Shown piece after piece: positions 6,638 through 16,009 of a DNA stretch of 61,690 nt (positions within the stretch are counted from its first letter, which is position 1; each line of letters begins with the position of its first letter). The position numbers and the translations under genes are program-made. The notes beneath the pieces were generated by a model, which made no database searches, had not been told where the DNA came from, and saw only the letters and a program-made list of their open reading frames with translations. This DNA comes from a virus (Duplodnaviria; Caudoviricetes), in IMG/VR virus record IMGVR_UViG_3300011430_000002, positions 1 to 61,690 of that record; one strand, given 5' to 3'.

Positions 6638-7876
6638 GTGGGTCTCGCTGTGCGTCCACGTCTGGCTGGCGTGGCCAAGGCGACACGCTGGCAGGCCATG
6701 GGCAGCAGCCGTAATGCGTCCTTGGTCAACGTCAACATCTGGAGTCCGAAGTCGGGGCTGACCCGTTCATTTACGCCCACCGGCGGGTTGGATGGCAATG
6801 GTCATTCAACCATCAACGACCCCGGTACCTCGCTGTCCAACATCATCGCCCAAGCCTACTCACAGGGTTGGGGTACGTGGCGGATTTTCATGCGCGGCCC
6901 GGATGGGAGTAAGAACTACACCACCCCGGTGCAGGCGGTGGTGCGCTGGTCCAATGCGGTGGGTAAGTGGGACCGCATTGAGTTCAACCCCACCACCAAC
7001 CAGATTCGTGCCGGCCTGTATGGCGCCACCAACGAAGACTCGGCCATGGGGCCGCTGTACATTGAAGATGGTGCCAACCTCGGGTATCCGGGTTGGGACG
7101 TGGTGTATTTGTTTTCTGCTGACCGCCAGCCCATCACCGATGGCTATGGCCCCTCGGCCGCCACCTACTACTTCTACCCCGCCTATGCCTCGGTGTTGGG
7201 TGGGCCGTCGGTGGCGACCCTGACCGGTGGTATCCAGCTCGGCAACGTGGAGCACTGGCCCGGCGTGGGCATCGCCCGGGCGCGAACTTTGCCCATCACC
7301 TTCAACACTTCCACCGCTGGTGTGGGCACGCCCAAGGATTCAGGCGTACGCGACGAGGTATCCCTTGGTGTCACCGGATTGCCCCTGCACTACAACTACC
7401 CCCAGCACTATGCCGGCTCGTCCTTGGCCGTTACGTTCCTATGGGACGCGGTGCGTTACCCCACCAACAAAATCGAGATTCAGGTTTCCGAGCGGGCCGA
7501 CTTCCCCGCCGCGTTGTCTGGGGTGGCGATATTGGCCGACTTTGTGGCGTTCGTTGACCAAGCCCCCCTCACGCTGGGGCCGGTACACTTCTGGACGGTC
7601 TCGCGCTTCAAGAAGGGCGGTGGTGCGAGCGTAAACCTCGTCGCCAACAAGAGCTACTATGTGCGCATCCGCGCCGAGCGGGCCACCGGTGGCTGGACCG
7701 GATGGAGCGAGGTGGGTAGCGGCAAGACCCCGCCGCGTGACATCAATGCCTTTGCCCGTGTCGCCGGGTTACGTGCCAGCTTCCCGCGCCTGCAGGTACC
7801 ACTGGCCACTATCACGCCGGCCGGCGTTGACTTTGACCCCGGGGTGCTGATGCCGGAACCGCAGGACGCGCCGTAA
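6638..7876 (+). CDS. Putative virion or tail protein with C-terminal FN3-like domain
   Basis: LWDAV...EIQVSER...YYVRIRA...GWSEV. Confidence 0.6.
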   Translation: MGLAVRPRLAGVAKATRWQAMGSSRNASLVNVNIWSPKSGLTRSFTPTGGLDGNGHSTINDPGTSLSNIIAQAYSQGWGTWRIFMRGPDGSKNYTTPVQAVVRWSNAVGKWDRIEFNPTTNQIRAGLYGATNEDSAMGPLYIEDGANLGYPGWDVVYLFSADRQPITDGYGPSAATYYFYPAYASVLGGPSVATLTGGIQLGNVEHWPGVGIARARTLPITFNTSTAGVGTPKDSGVRDEVSLGVTGLPLHYNYPQHYAGSSLAVTFLWDAVRYPTNKIEIQVSERADFPAALSGVAILADFVAFVDQAPLTLGPVHFWTVSRFKKGGGASVNLVANKSYYVRIRAERATGGWTGWSEVGSGKTPPRDINAFARVAGLRASFPRLQVPLATITPAGVDFDPGVLMPEPQDAP

Positions 7877-7877
7877 C

Positions 7878-9731
7878 ATGGTCGTCCAGCCCAACGCCTT
7901 GCGCAATGAACTGGCGCTGGAGATTAAGCGTTGGTATCCCCAGCCGTGGGATGATGCTCTCGCCGCTGCCGACGCGGCGATAGCCGGCATGCTCAATGGC
8001 GAGGCGGCGACACCGGTGGAGCATCACCCGCTGGTCATCTTCATCGCCAACACCTTCATCGTGCCATGGTCATGGGCCTCGGCGGCGTATGCCACCATCC
8101 TGACCGGCGGCGTGGTGGTGCCACCACCCTTGGTCGGCTTCGTCACCGTGTGGCGCACCACGGCGGTCAACGAAACCATCACCCTACCCTTGACGGGTTC
8201 AGGCTACAACGCCACCGTCAACTGGGGTGATGGTACGCCTGACTCGTTGATTACTCTCGGCAATACTGACCCCGCCCGCATCCATGCCTATGCGGTAGCG
8301 GGTGACCATACCGTCACCATCACCGGCACCTTCCCGAAGTTTTTCTTCAACAACGCGGGTGACAAGGCGAAGCTCATCAAGATTTTGAATTGGGGCGCGG
8401 TGGGTTGGGCCAGCGGCGGATTGGTCAGCGCCTTCCATGGTTGCGTCAACCTGAATGAAGTGTCTGCCACCGACTGCGCAAATATGCCGGGAGGTAGCTG
8501 GAACCGGGTGTTCATATCTTGCTCCAGCTTGACAAGCATCAACCTGACTGGCGCCCCCGCTGCCAGCATAACCGTGCTGTCGGACCTGTTGGCCCTTTGC
8601 CCCGCACTGGTCACTGCGGTCCTGCCCGGGCTATGCACGGCAGCTTGCACCTCGTTGGCCCAGACGTTTGGAGGTTGTGTTGCGCTGACCAGTATCGTGG
8701 GTTTGGAGACGTGGATTACTACCAATGTAACCAACATGTCTTCTTTCTTTGCAAGCTGCACCAGTTTACCTGCTGCGGAAGTGGCTAAAGTCGCCGGGTT
8801 TAACACGGCCAAGGTCACTAACTTTGATAAGACTTTCCGCTACATTAACGTGCCCATCCCCGTGGCGACGTGGACTACACCAGCAGCAACCCTCATGCCC
8901 TACATGTTCGGTGATGTGAAACAGGTCAGCGTTAACTCTGCCCACTTTGACATGGGGCTTGTTACCAACGCTACGTTGATGTACCAAGCAACGGCTGGAG
9001 TCAACGGTCTTACTACCGCCCACTACGATGCCATGTTGATTGCATGGGCGGCGCAGTCACCTGACCTGAAACCCGCCGTGCCCTTTACCGCCACCGGGGT
9101 CAAGTTTTCTGCTGGCGCCGCTACCACCGCCCGTGGCGTACTCACCGGTACCCACACGTGGGCCATCACCGACGGTGGCCCCGCTGCCCTGCTGGTGAAT
9201 GACCAGATGCAAGGGCCAGTGGAAGATGTGTCCACCCGCGTGCTCAACGTGGACCCGCTGGGCAATGGCTGGAACGTGCTTACAGGTTCTGCCGATGTGG
9301 GCGAAGGCCAGACCGTGGTTGGCCCCGGTGGCGTGCGGGCGGTCATCAACGCTGGCAGCCCCAACGTCGTCATCACCGCTGTCGTGCAGGCGTTTGCCCC
9401 GGTGGGCCTGATGTTCCGTAGTCGTGTCGGTGGCGTGCGCTCCATGCGCGTGCTACTCAACATGGACGGCACCTTGGAGTTGCAGCGGGTTGGCAACGGC
9501 GGGGCGGTCACCGTGGTCGCCAGCGTGGCTGCCATGCCCGCTGCCGACACCGAAGAACACCACCTGCAGATTTGGGTCGATGCCGCCTCGCGTATCATCG
9601 TCTACTTCGATGGCGTGCCCTTGATTGACGTGGTGGATGCCTACCAGATGAATCGGCCGTGGCACGGCATCCTTGCCGGCCCGGGGGCCGTATACTTGCG
9701 CGAGTTCAGCATTGCTCAATTTCCCTTATGA
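7878..9731 (+). CDS. BspA/DUF285-repeat surface-type protein with PKD-like and lectin-like domains (putative adhesin or RBP)
   Basis: VNWGDGT; TNVTNMSSFFASC-type repeats; YDAMLIAWAAQ...W.ITDGG signature; beta-rich C-terminus. Confidence 0.7.
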   Translation: MVVQPNALRNELALEIKRWYPQPWDDALAAADAAIAGMLNGEAATPVEHHPLVIFIANTFIVPWSWASAAYATILTGGVVVPPPLVGFVTVWRTTAVNETITLPLTGSGYNATVNWGDGTPDSLITLGNTDPARIHAYAVAGDHTVTITGTFPKFFFNNAGDKAKLIKILNWGAVGWASGGLVSAFHGCVNLNEVSATDCANMPGGSWNRVFISCSSLTSINLTGAPAASITVLSDLLALCPALVTAVLPGLCTAACTSLAQTFGGCVALTSIVGLETWITTNVTNMSSFFASCTSLPAAEVAKVAGFNTAKVTNFDKTFRYINVPIPVATWTTPAATLMPYMFGDVKQVSVNSAHFDMGLVTNATLMYQATAGVNGLTTAHYDAMLIAWAAQSPDLKPAVPFTATGVKFSAGAATTARGVLTGTHTWAITDGGPAALLVNDQMQGPVEDVSTRVLNVDPLGNGWNVLTGSADVGEGQTVVGPGGVRAVINAGSPNVVITAVVQAFAPVGLMFRSRVGGVRSMRVLLNMDGTLELQRVGNGGAVTVVASVAAMPAADTEEHHLQIWVDAASRIIVYFDGVPLIDVVDAYQMNRPWHGILAGPGAVYLREFSIAQFPL

Positions 9732-10303
9732 CCGCCTTAGAAGACATGAAAATGGAACCGATAGAAGTGTGGCGTGATGTGCCGGGGTACGAGGGGCTGT
9801 ACCAAGCCAGTTCTCTGGGTAGGGTGAAGCGCCTTGAGGGTGTTGTCACGTGCCGGGATGGGAAGCTCAAGCCGATACGAGAGCGGGTTTTGCGCCCCGG
9901 TATTCGGGGGGCATACTTGAAAGTGGAACTGTGCGCCAAGGGGATAATTACAAGCCTTTCAGTTCATCGGCTTGTGTGTTCGGCTTTCCATGGTGAGGGG
10001 GCTGAAGGTCACGAGGTCAACCATCGTGATTCGGACAAGCACAACAACGTAGCTGCTAATCTTGAATGGGTCTCCCGACTGGGTAATGTGCGTCACGCTC
10101 ACCTAGCCGGCCGGATGCACGCCACAACCAACCCGGGTCGTGGTGTTAAGCTGTCCCAGTCTGACGTGGATGTGATTCGCGCTGAATCTGCGCGAGGTGT
10201 GATGCGCAAAGACCTCGCCCGCCGTTTCGGTGTGGACCCGTCAATGGTTTCGTCAGTGGTGCTTGGTAAATGTTGGAACCATCCTGCGGAGTACCCCGCA
10301 TGA
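9728..10303 (+). CDS. NUMOD4-HNH homing endonuclease with C-terminal HTH
   Basis: EVWRDVPGYEGLYQASSLGRVK (NUMOD4); VHRLV..AF...VNHRDSDKHNN..NLEWV (HNH). Confidence 0.92.
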   Translation: MTALEDMKMEPIEVWRDVPGYEGLYQASSLGRVKRLEGVVTCRDGKLKPIRERVLRPGIRGAYLKVELCAKGIITSLSVHRLVCSAFHGEGAEGHEVNHRDSDKHNNVAANLEWVSRLGNVRHAHLAGRMHATTNPGRGVKLSQSDVDVIRAESARGVMRKDLARRFGVDPSMVSSVVLGKCWNHPAEYPA

Positions 10304-11745
10304 TAATCCGCCGCTTCTACTTCACCCCACTGCAGATACCCGGTGTGACCAACAACGCGCCGCTGTTGCGCGGCACGCGGGGTTACATCGTCACCGCATA
10401 CTCTTCCAACTCGGTGGCAACCTCGGTGGAAGTGGAGTTGACCAACTGCACCGGCTTGCATCGCGTGGTTACCGAGGACGGGCAGGAGGTTGGCGCGGGC
10501 TATTTTGAAGTCGGTCGTGAATACCTGTTGATTTGGGACCCGGACAAGGAGTGGTTCACCGTGCGGCCGACCTTTGAGCGACTGCAGCGCCTTACAGGCC
10601 GCGTGGTCAGGCTCACCAATCACCCCACGCAGATTTTCACCCGGCTAAGGTTGCATCGCACTGCGCTGGCGTGGACGAAATACCCGGGCATGGCGGTGGC
10701 GGAAACCGAGCGTGCCCACACCAACGTCTCCGAATCGTTGCGGCCCGAGTACCGGCCCACCCGCCTCGCGCTCTACCAGCGGGGCACCTACATTTTCAAG
10801 CTGGAGCCGAGGTACGGTGGCGGGGGCTGGGAGACTTGCCCACCGTTGTTTTACCTTGACCAGAACAACGACGAGCAGCCGTTCACCACCGGTGTGTGGC
10901 GGGACTTGTTTGGCGACTCGCAAGTGGTCAACTCCGGTACGTGGGAGATTTACGCCAAGCTGGCGTTCCCGACCGGCGCGGTTGAGCAGTCGGTGTGGGG
11001 AGTGTGGGACATCACCATTGCCTACCGCGACGAGACCCAGTTACCGGGCGTGCTGTTGCCCAAGGGCACACATCACCAGTTGATACGCTGGTTCGGTGGC
11101 ATGTTCACGCGCAACGCGCCGGCCGGCTTCGGCGTGGTGAACCCCGGCACCATGCCGCTGCAGTTTGCCGACTCGTTGGGCAAGTGGGGCGGCCCCGGTA
11201 TCGTCAGTTGGGCACGCGAACCCGGCGGTGCGGTGGTGCACGAAATAGAATTCCTGACCGGCCCGGGCACGCTGAACTTTGCCACCCCGTTCGATTACGG
11301 TATCTACGACTGGGCGTTCACCTACATGCACAATCAGGATGTGGTGCAGGACGACCGCCCGTGGACCGGTTACGACTTGGGGCCGGGCCACAACCTGATG
11401 CGCGTCACTTTGCTGTCGGGCACGGGCCTCGTCACCCTGACGCGCATGGGTGCACCGTTCCAGTTTGGCCAGTGGGTGGGCGCGGATAACATCGTGATTA
11501 TGCTCAACTCGGTGCTGCCGTCAGTTGAGAGCCTGCTACGCATTGACATCACCTACAACCTTGATGAGCCGGGCAGCATCGACCTTGCCCACCTACGTCC
11601 AGACCTTCTGCACATGCGCTCGCGCCTCGTGCGCATGATTACCGAGGTAGCCCCGGCGGATGCGCCGCCCCCCGACCTGACACCGCCGGAAACGCTGCCC
11701 ACGCAAGATTTGATTCCGTGGCCGCAGAATGACCCGGATGTCTGA
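10300..11745 (+). CDS. Hypothetical, probable tail or virion protein
   Basis: 481-aa beta-rich ORF between adhesin and fibre genes. Confidence 0.55.
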   Translation: MIIRRFYFTPLQIPGVTNNAPLLRGTRGYIVTAYSSNSVATSVEVELTNCTGLHRVVTEDGQEVGAGYFEVGREYLLIWDPDKEWFTVRPTFERLQRLTGRVVRLTNHPTQIFTRLRLHRTALAWTKYPGMAVAETERAHTNVSESLRPEYRPTRLALYQRGTYIFKLEPRYGGGGWETCPPLFYLDQNNDEQPFTTGVWRDLFGDSQVVNSGTWEIYAKLAFPTGAVEQSVWGVWDITIAYRDETQLPGVLLPKGTHHQLIRWFGGMFTRNAPAGFGVVNPGTMPLQFADSLGKWGGPGIVSWAREPGGAVVHEIEFLTGPGTLNFATPFDYGIYDWAFTYMHNQDVVQDDRPWTGYDLGPGHNLMRVTLLSGTGLVTLTRMGAPFQFGQWVGADNIVIMLNSVLPSVESLLRIDITYNLDEPGSIDLAHLRPDLLHMRSRLVRMITEVAPADAPPPDLTPPETLPTQDLIPWPQNDPDV

Positions 11746-11750
11746 CGCGC

Positions 11751-13664
11751 ATGTCCAATGAACGCGAGTTCCGTGCCCGCATAGGTGTACTGGAAAGCAC
11801 CGTCAGGAAGATACTGACTGACGGTACCGGTGGTGGCGGTGCGAGTAATTTCCTTGCCTTAACTGATACGCCCGCTTCCTACGCGGGGGAAGGCGGCATG
11901 GTCGTTACCGTCACGTTGGCAGAGGACGGGTTGGAATTTACCGCCGGCGTCCCCGGCCCCGCCGGGCCAGCCGGGGCCACGGGCAGCCAAGGAATTCAGG
12001 GCATCCCCGGGGCGCCGGGCAGCCAAGGACCGCCGGGGCCTACTGGGGCCACGGGTAGCCAAGGAATTCAGGGCGTGCCCGGAAATACCGGGGCCACGGG
12101 CGCCACGGGCAGTCAGGGGCCGCAGGGAATTCAGGGGGTGCCCGGAAATACCGGCGCCACGGGCGCCACGGGCGCCACCGGGCCGGGTGTCGCACCCGGC
12201 GGCACCACCGGTCAGGTGCTGACCAAAATCAACGCCACCGACTACAACACCCAGTGGACAACCCCGGCCGCTGCGGGCACCAACTACTGGACCTTGACCG
12301 GCTCCGAGTTGTACCCAACCGACGCCGCTGCGCAGGTGGTCATCGGCGCAACGGTAGCGGCCCGCAAGCTGCACGTTGTGGGTTCCGCGCAGGAAATTGC
12401 CCGCCTTGAAAGTACCGGCATCACCTCGTCATTCTTGGAGTTTCTCCACGCCGGCGATGCAGCCCTCTGGACCATCGGTAAGACGGCGCTCAACTTCATC
12501 ATCCGCTCCGCAGGTGGCGAGCGTGTCACCGTGTTGCCAACGGGTGAAGTGGGCATTGGTCGCACCGCCCCTAACTCAAGGCTGCACGTTTATGGCGCAG
12601 CGCCAGTCCTGACCATTCAGGATTCGTCCACCGGCCTGTCTACTGCCGCACCTGCCGTGCGGCTGGCAGAAAGCGGCGCCTCGGCGGTGGTGGAAAACTA
12701 CTGGGACCTGATAGCGGACCCCAACGGCGGCAACTTCAGCTTCAAGATTCGCTACAACAGCGCTGACTTGCTGAACGTCTTGAGTACCGGCAACGTCGGC
12801 ATTGGCACCATTACACCCACCCAAAAGCTGGATGTGACCGGTGGCGGTCAGTTTTCCTTGGGCCTCACGGTAGCCGCCCCGGCCGATTTTTGGAACGCCA
12901 ATCTGGGCTTCTTTCACTTGGTTGGCAACACCACCACTCCGCAGGGATGGGTGGGGTCCAACGGCAGCAACCGGGTGGTCATCGGCTCCAATGCCTATCG
13001 CAATGCTTCGTCAGGTACGTCCTACCTTGGTGCTGGTGGCGTAGTCAACAACGGCTCGCAAATGGAGCTTGCGCCCAGCGGCGAAATCTACTTCAAGAAC
13101 GGGCCGGCATCGGGTATCAACCTGACCCAGCGCATGCTGATTGATGCGGCTGGTGCCGTCACAGTCAACAACCTTGCGGGCACCGGTAACCGTTTGGTGC
13201 AGGCCAGTCCAACCGGGGTACTGTCGGCGGCAGCCGCCGTGGCTCCCACTTCCGGCACCTTTGCCACGCCGACCCTTTCCGGCGCATCCGGTGTCACCTA
13301 CACCGGTACCCGTTTCGTCCGTTGGACGCGCTTCGGGGATGTGGTGTTCATCAACGGCCGCGTGCAGTGGTCGGCCATCACCAAGAACGCCACGGCGGCG
13401 GCGATTGCCTGCGGCACCGGGATGCCCCGGCCCGCCTTTGCCAACCCGTTGTCACAGAGCATCAACCTTGGGCGGTCCACGGGGCTTGATGTGACCGCTG
13501 CTGAAATTTCCAACATGTCGTGCATGATGGACAGTTCCGGTTCCACCACGCTGGTGCTGCCTTACGTCATGATGGACAACGACATCCCCGGCCAGTACAC
13601 CTACAATTCCTTCAACTCTGCCGGCTACATTGAGTTTTCTGGCGGCTACTTCACCGACGATTGA
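11751..13664 (+). CDS. Collagen-like tail fibre protein
   Basis: About 27 Gly-X-Y triplets; [10 protein letters not shown] and GNVGIGT fibre motifs. Confidence 0.85.
   Translation: MSNEREFRARIGVLESTVRKILTDGTGGGGASNFLALTDTPASYAGEGGMVVTVTLAEDGLEFTAGVPGPAGPAGATGSQGIQGIPGAPGSQGPPGPTGATGSQGIQGVPGNTGATGATGSQGPQGIQGVPGNTGATGATGATGPGVAPGGTTGQVLTKINATDYNTQWTTPAAAGTNYWTLTGSELYPTDAAAQVVIGATVAARKLHVVGSAQEIARLESTGITSSFLEFLHAGDAALWTIGKTALNFIIRSAGGERVTVLPTGEVGIGRTAPNSRLHVYGAAPVLTIQDSSTGLSTAAPAVRLAESGASAVVENYWDLIADPNGGNFSFKIRYNSADLLNVLSTGNVGIGTITPTQKLDVTGGGQFSLGLTVAAPADFWNANLGFFHLVGNTTTPQGWVGSNGSNRVVIGSNAYRNASSGTSYLGAGGVVNNGSQMELAPSGEIYFKNGPASGINLTQRMLIDAAGAVTVNNLAGTGNRLVQASPTGVLSAAAAVAPTSGTFATPTLSGASGVTYTGTRFVRWTRFGDVVFINGRVQWSAITKNATAAAIACGTGMPRPAFANPLSQSINLGRSTGLDVTAAEISNMSCMMDSSGSTTLVLPYVMMDNDIPGQYTYNSFNSAGYIEFSGGYFTDD
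11946..12188 (+). repeat. Collagen Gly-X-Y repeat with DNA-level duplications
   Basis: Repeated GGGGCCACGGG(C/T)AGCCAAGGAATTCAGGGC and GTGCCCGGAAATACCGG units. Confidence 0.85.
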
Positions 13665-13673
13665 GGATTTACC

Positions 13674-13943
13674 ATGGCCTTACCCATTCCCCCTCAGTAC
13701 CTTGCCAGCGGCATCACCATCCAAACACTGGAGGTTTTTTTCAACCCGGTATGGGACGGGTTGGCTTGGGTGGTGGACCCTGCCAATGTCGAAGCGCGGG
13801 CCACCGTGTTGCTGGTGGATGGCGACCAGCCGGTCATCAGCCAGACCATTGTTTTCCCCTACAATGACCTTGATGCCCCCGGGCAGGCCCAAGTGGATGC
13901 GTTGGAGGATTATTTTGAGCAACGCGCTGCTGACTCGTACTAG
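13674..13943 (+). CDS. Small acidic protein, possible tail fibre chaperone
   Basis: GAGGA RBS; directly after the fibre gene. Confidence 0.55.
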   Translation: MALPIPPQYLASGITIQTLEVFFNPVWDGLAWVVDPANVEARATVLLVDGDQPVISQTIVFPYNDLDAPGQAQVDALEDYFEQRAADSY

Positions 13944-14169
13944 CCTCATCGGGTTGGCGCTGGCCATTCTGGGAGGCTGTGCTATGCTGGGCCGCGACTT
14001 TCAGCGGGTGCACATCGAGAAGAAGTGCGAGGTAACTCTCACCCGTGGGGGCGCAAAATACGGGCAACCTGACAACGAGCATGTTGCACACGTCACCGTT
14101 GGGGATGACTGCACTGTCGATGTCAAAACGCAAGACGAGCAAAACACACCGGAAGCCGAAGGCGGATGA
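13915..14169 (+). CDS. Lipoprotein (possible spanin or exclusion protein)
   Basis: TTG start with GGAGG RBS; hydrophobic signal ending in lipobox-like LGGC. Confidence 0.55.
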   Translation: MSNALLTRTSLIGLALAILGGCAMLGRDFQRVHIEKKCEVTLTRGGAKYGQPDNEHVAHVTVGDDCTVDVKTQDEQNTPEAEGG

Positions 14170-14257
14170 AGTGATGGATAACATCGGGTGTGCTCTCATG
14201 CTGACCATGTTCGGGTGCGCCCTGTTGTTCTGGCTACTCAACTGACTGGAGAAGAAA

Positions 14258-14848
14258 ATGGGCGTGATGATTGAACTGACCACCGACCAAGAACTTGCAG
14301 TGCTTGCCTCGTACGGTTATTCCGACGCAGCGCGAGACCCGGCGGCACCCCCGCCACGTGATGACCTTGTGGTCACCGAACAGCCGTTCGATGAGTTTTA
14401 CGGCATCGCCTTTGGCACCCCCCACAACGGCAAGAATCAAGACCTGCCCCCGGCAGTGAATACGGCTGACGGTCTGGTCTCGTGGCGGTTCTACATCGGC
14501 GGGGAACTGGCGGCCAACGCCGGCGTCTCCGACCACGGCGGCGACTTCCACGTGCACACGGTTGCCGACGAGTTGGCAAAGTGGCAGGGCGGTGGTCATG
14601 ACAGCATCCTCGTCAAGATTGACGAAATGGGCTTGGATGATGACGACTTCGCGGTGTTCCCCGAGAACATCGGGCAGGTGCCCTTGTACGGGGTGGCCTA
14701 CGATGGCCGCGACTGGCGGCTGGAAGTGTGGCAGCAGGGCGAGTTGCGTCACGCCATCACCGGCCCCGGTCTGGCCCCGGGTGAGCAGTTCAAGTTCACC
14801 CTCTACCAGTCCGGGTCGAAGCTGGGCATCCAGTACTACTGGAAGTAA
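14258..14848 (+). CDS. Hypothetical acidic protein
   Basis: 196-aa ORF with GGAG RBS. Confidence 0.7.
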   Translation: MGVMIELTTDQELAVLASYGYSDAARDPAAPPPRDDLVVTEQPFDEFYGIAFGTPHNGKNQDLPPAVNTADGLVSWRFYIGGELAANAGVSDHGGDFHVHTVADELAKWQGGGHDSILVKIDEMGLDDDDFAVFPENIGQVPLYGVAYDGRDWRLEVWQQGELRHAITGPGLAPGEQFKFTLYQSGSKLGIQYYWK

Positions 14849-14853
14849 TCGCC

Positions 14854-15090
14854 ATGACTGAACAGACGCTTGGCGAGTACCGGGTGGGGGTAGACTTCAA
14901 CCCCACCGGCAGCGAGGCGGTGCACAGCATCAAGCACCGGGTGGCTGACCTCATCACCGACATGGAGGCGCTCAAGACCGCTTCCCTGAACATCAACCCG
15001 GAAGTGATTCGCCTTCTGGCGTTGGCGCAGACGGCGTTTGAGGAAGGCGCGATGTGGGCGGTCAAGGCGTTGACCAAGCCGGCACGATGA
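14854..15090 (+). CDS. Acb2/Tad1-like helical hairpin protein (candidate nucleotide-signal sponge)
   Basis: GEYRVGVDFNP...RLLALAQTAFEEGAMWAVKA resembles the R..A.A.T..EEA.MW helix of Acb2/Tad1-type proteins. Confidence 0.6.
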   Translation: MTEQTLGEYRVGVDFNPTGSEAVHSIKHRVADLITDMEALKTASLNINPEVIRLLALAQTAFEEGAMWAVKALTKPAR

Positions 15091-15196
15091 AGGACCAACT
15101 CCCCATCAGTGGGTTGGTGAGGCGCACAATTGCGGTCGTCCTCGCCATCCATGGTGCCCTGCCAACACTGGTGGGGAGTTGCTTTGAGGTGTTCAC

Positions 15197-16009
15197 GTGA
15201 GAACCATGCGCGACCCCACCGATGAGTGGCTGATAGCCACCATGGGGGAGCGGGCCAATCCGATGGTCACGCTGCTGGACAAGCTCACCGACCAGCAATA
15301 CCTGTTCTGCGTTGAATACGTGAAGTGTGGTTCCGAGGTCAAAGCCGCCGAGCGAGCCAAGCTGGGCGGCAGTCAGAACCCGCACTTCCTTGTGCACCTG
15401 CCGAAAATCGCCGCCTGCATCAACATCCTCACTGCCAAGCGCGAGGCGGACTTGGGCCAGAAGTCCTCGGCGGAAATCCTCACCCGCTTGGAAAAGACGC
15501 CGTTGCTGGAAGCGGATGACTTTGACTTTTCCGAGGGTACCATCAAGGAACGTGAAAGCCAGCTGGCTGCCAACGGCAAGGCACTGGGCGGTGCGGATGA
15601 CGACGAGTTGGTAACCAACATCAATGGTTCGCTGGCTGATTACGGCATCATGCAACTGCCCAAGGTGCGCGTGTCCAAGGCGCAGAGCTTTGGTCCGCAG
15701 TGGATTATCGAACGGTTCGTCACGGTGGCTGAACGCTGCCTGCAGATTGAACCGGTGTACGACCGCAAAGGACGCCCCATCGGCCAGTTCAGGTTTGAAC
15801 CCGCCGCCGCGCTGAAGGCGCTGGAGATGCTGGGCAAGACCATGGCTATGTTCCGCGACCGGGTGGAGGTCACGCACGAAGTGAGCGGCCTGCTGGAAGA
15901 AGAGTTGGACGCTCGGTTACGCGCCCTCGGCCAGCAGTTCCCCGAGTTCAGGTCTATCATCGAAGCCAAGGCGCTTCCTGCAGTGGCGGTGGGCTTCGAT
16001 GCTGAATGA
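15197..16009 (+). CDS. terS: Terminase small subunit
   Basis: LTDQQYLFCVEY...AAERA and ALKALEMLGK motifs; directly upstream of TerL. Confidence 0.8.
   Translation: MRTMRDPTDEWLIATMGERANPMVTLLDKLTDQQYLFCVEYVKCGSEVKAAERAKLGGSQNPHFLVHLPKIAACINILTAKREADLGQKSSAEILTRLEKTPLLEADDFDFSEGTIKERESQLAANGKALGGADDDELVTNINGSLADYGIMQLPKVRVSKAQSFGPQWIIERFVTVAERCLQIEPVYDRKGRPIGQFRFEPAAALKALEMLGKTMAMFRDRVEVTHEVSGLLEEELDARLRALGQQFPEFRSIIEAKALPAVAVGFDAE

Noticed and set aside
6127-13664. Diversity-generating retroelement acting on the fibres
   Set aside because: No reverse transcriptase and no template/variable repeat pair seen
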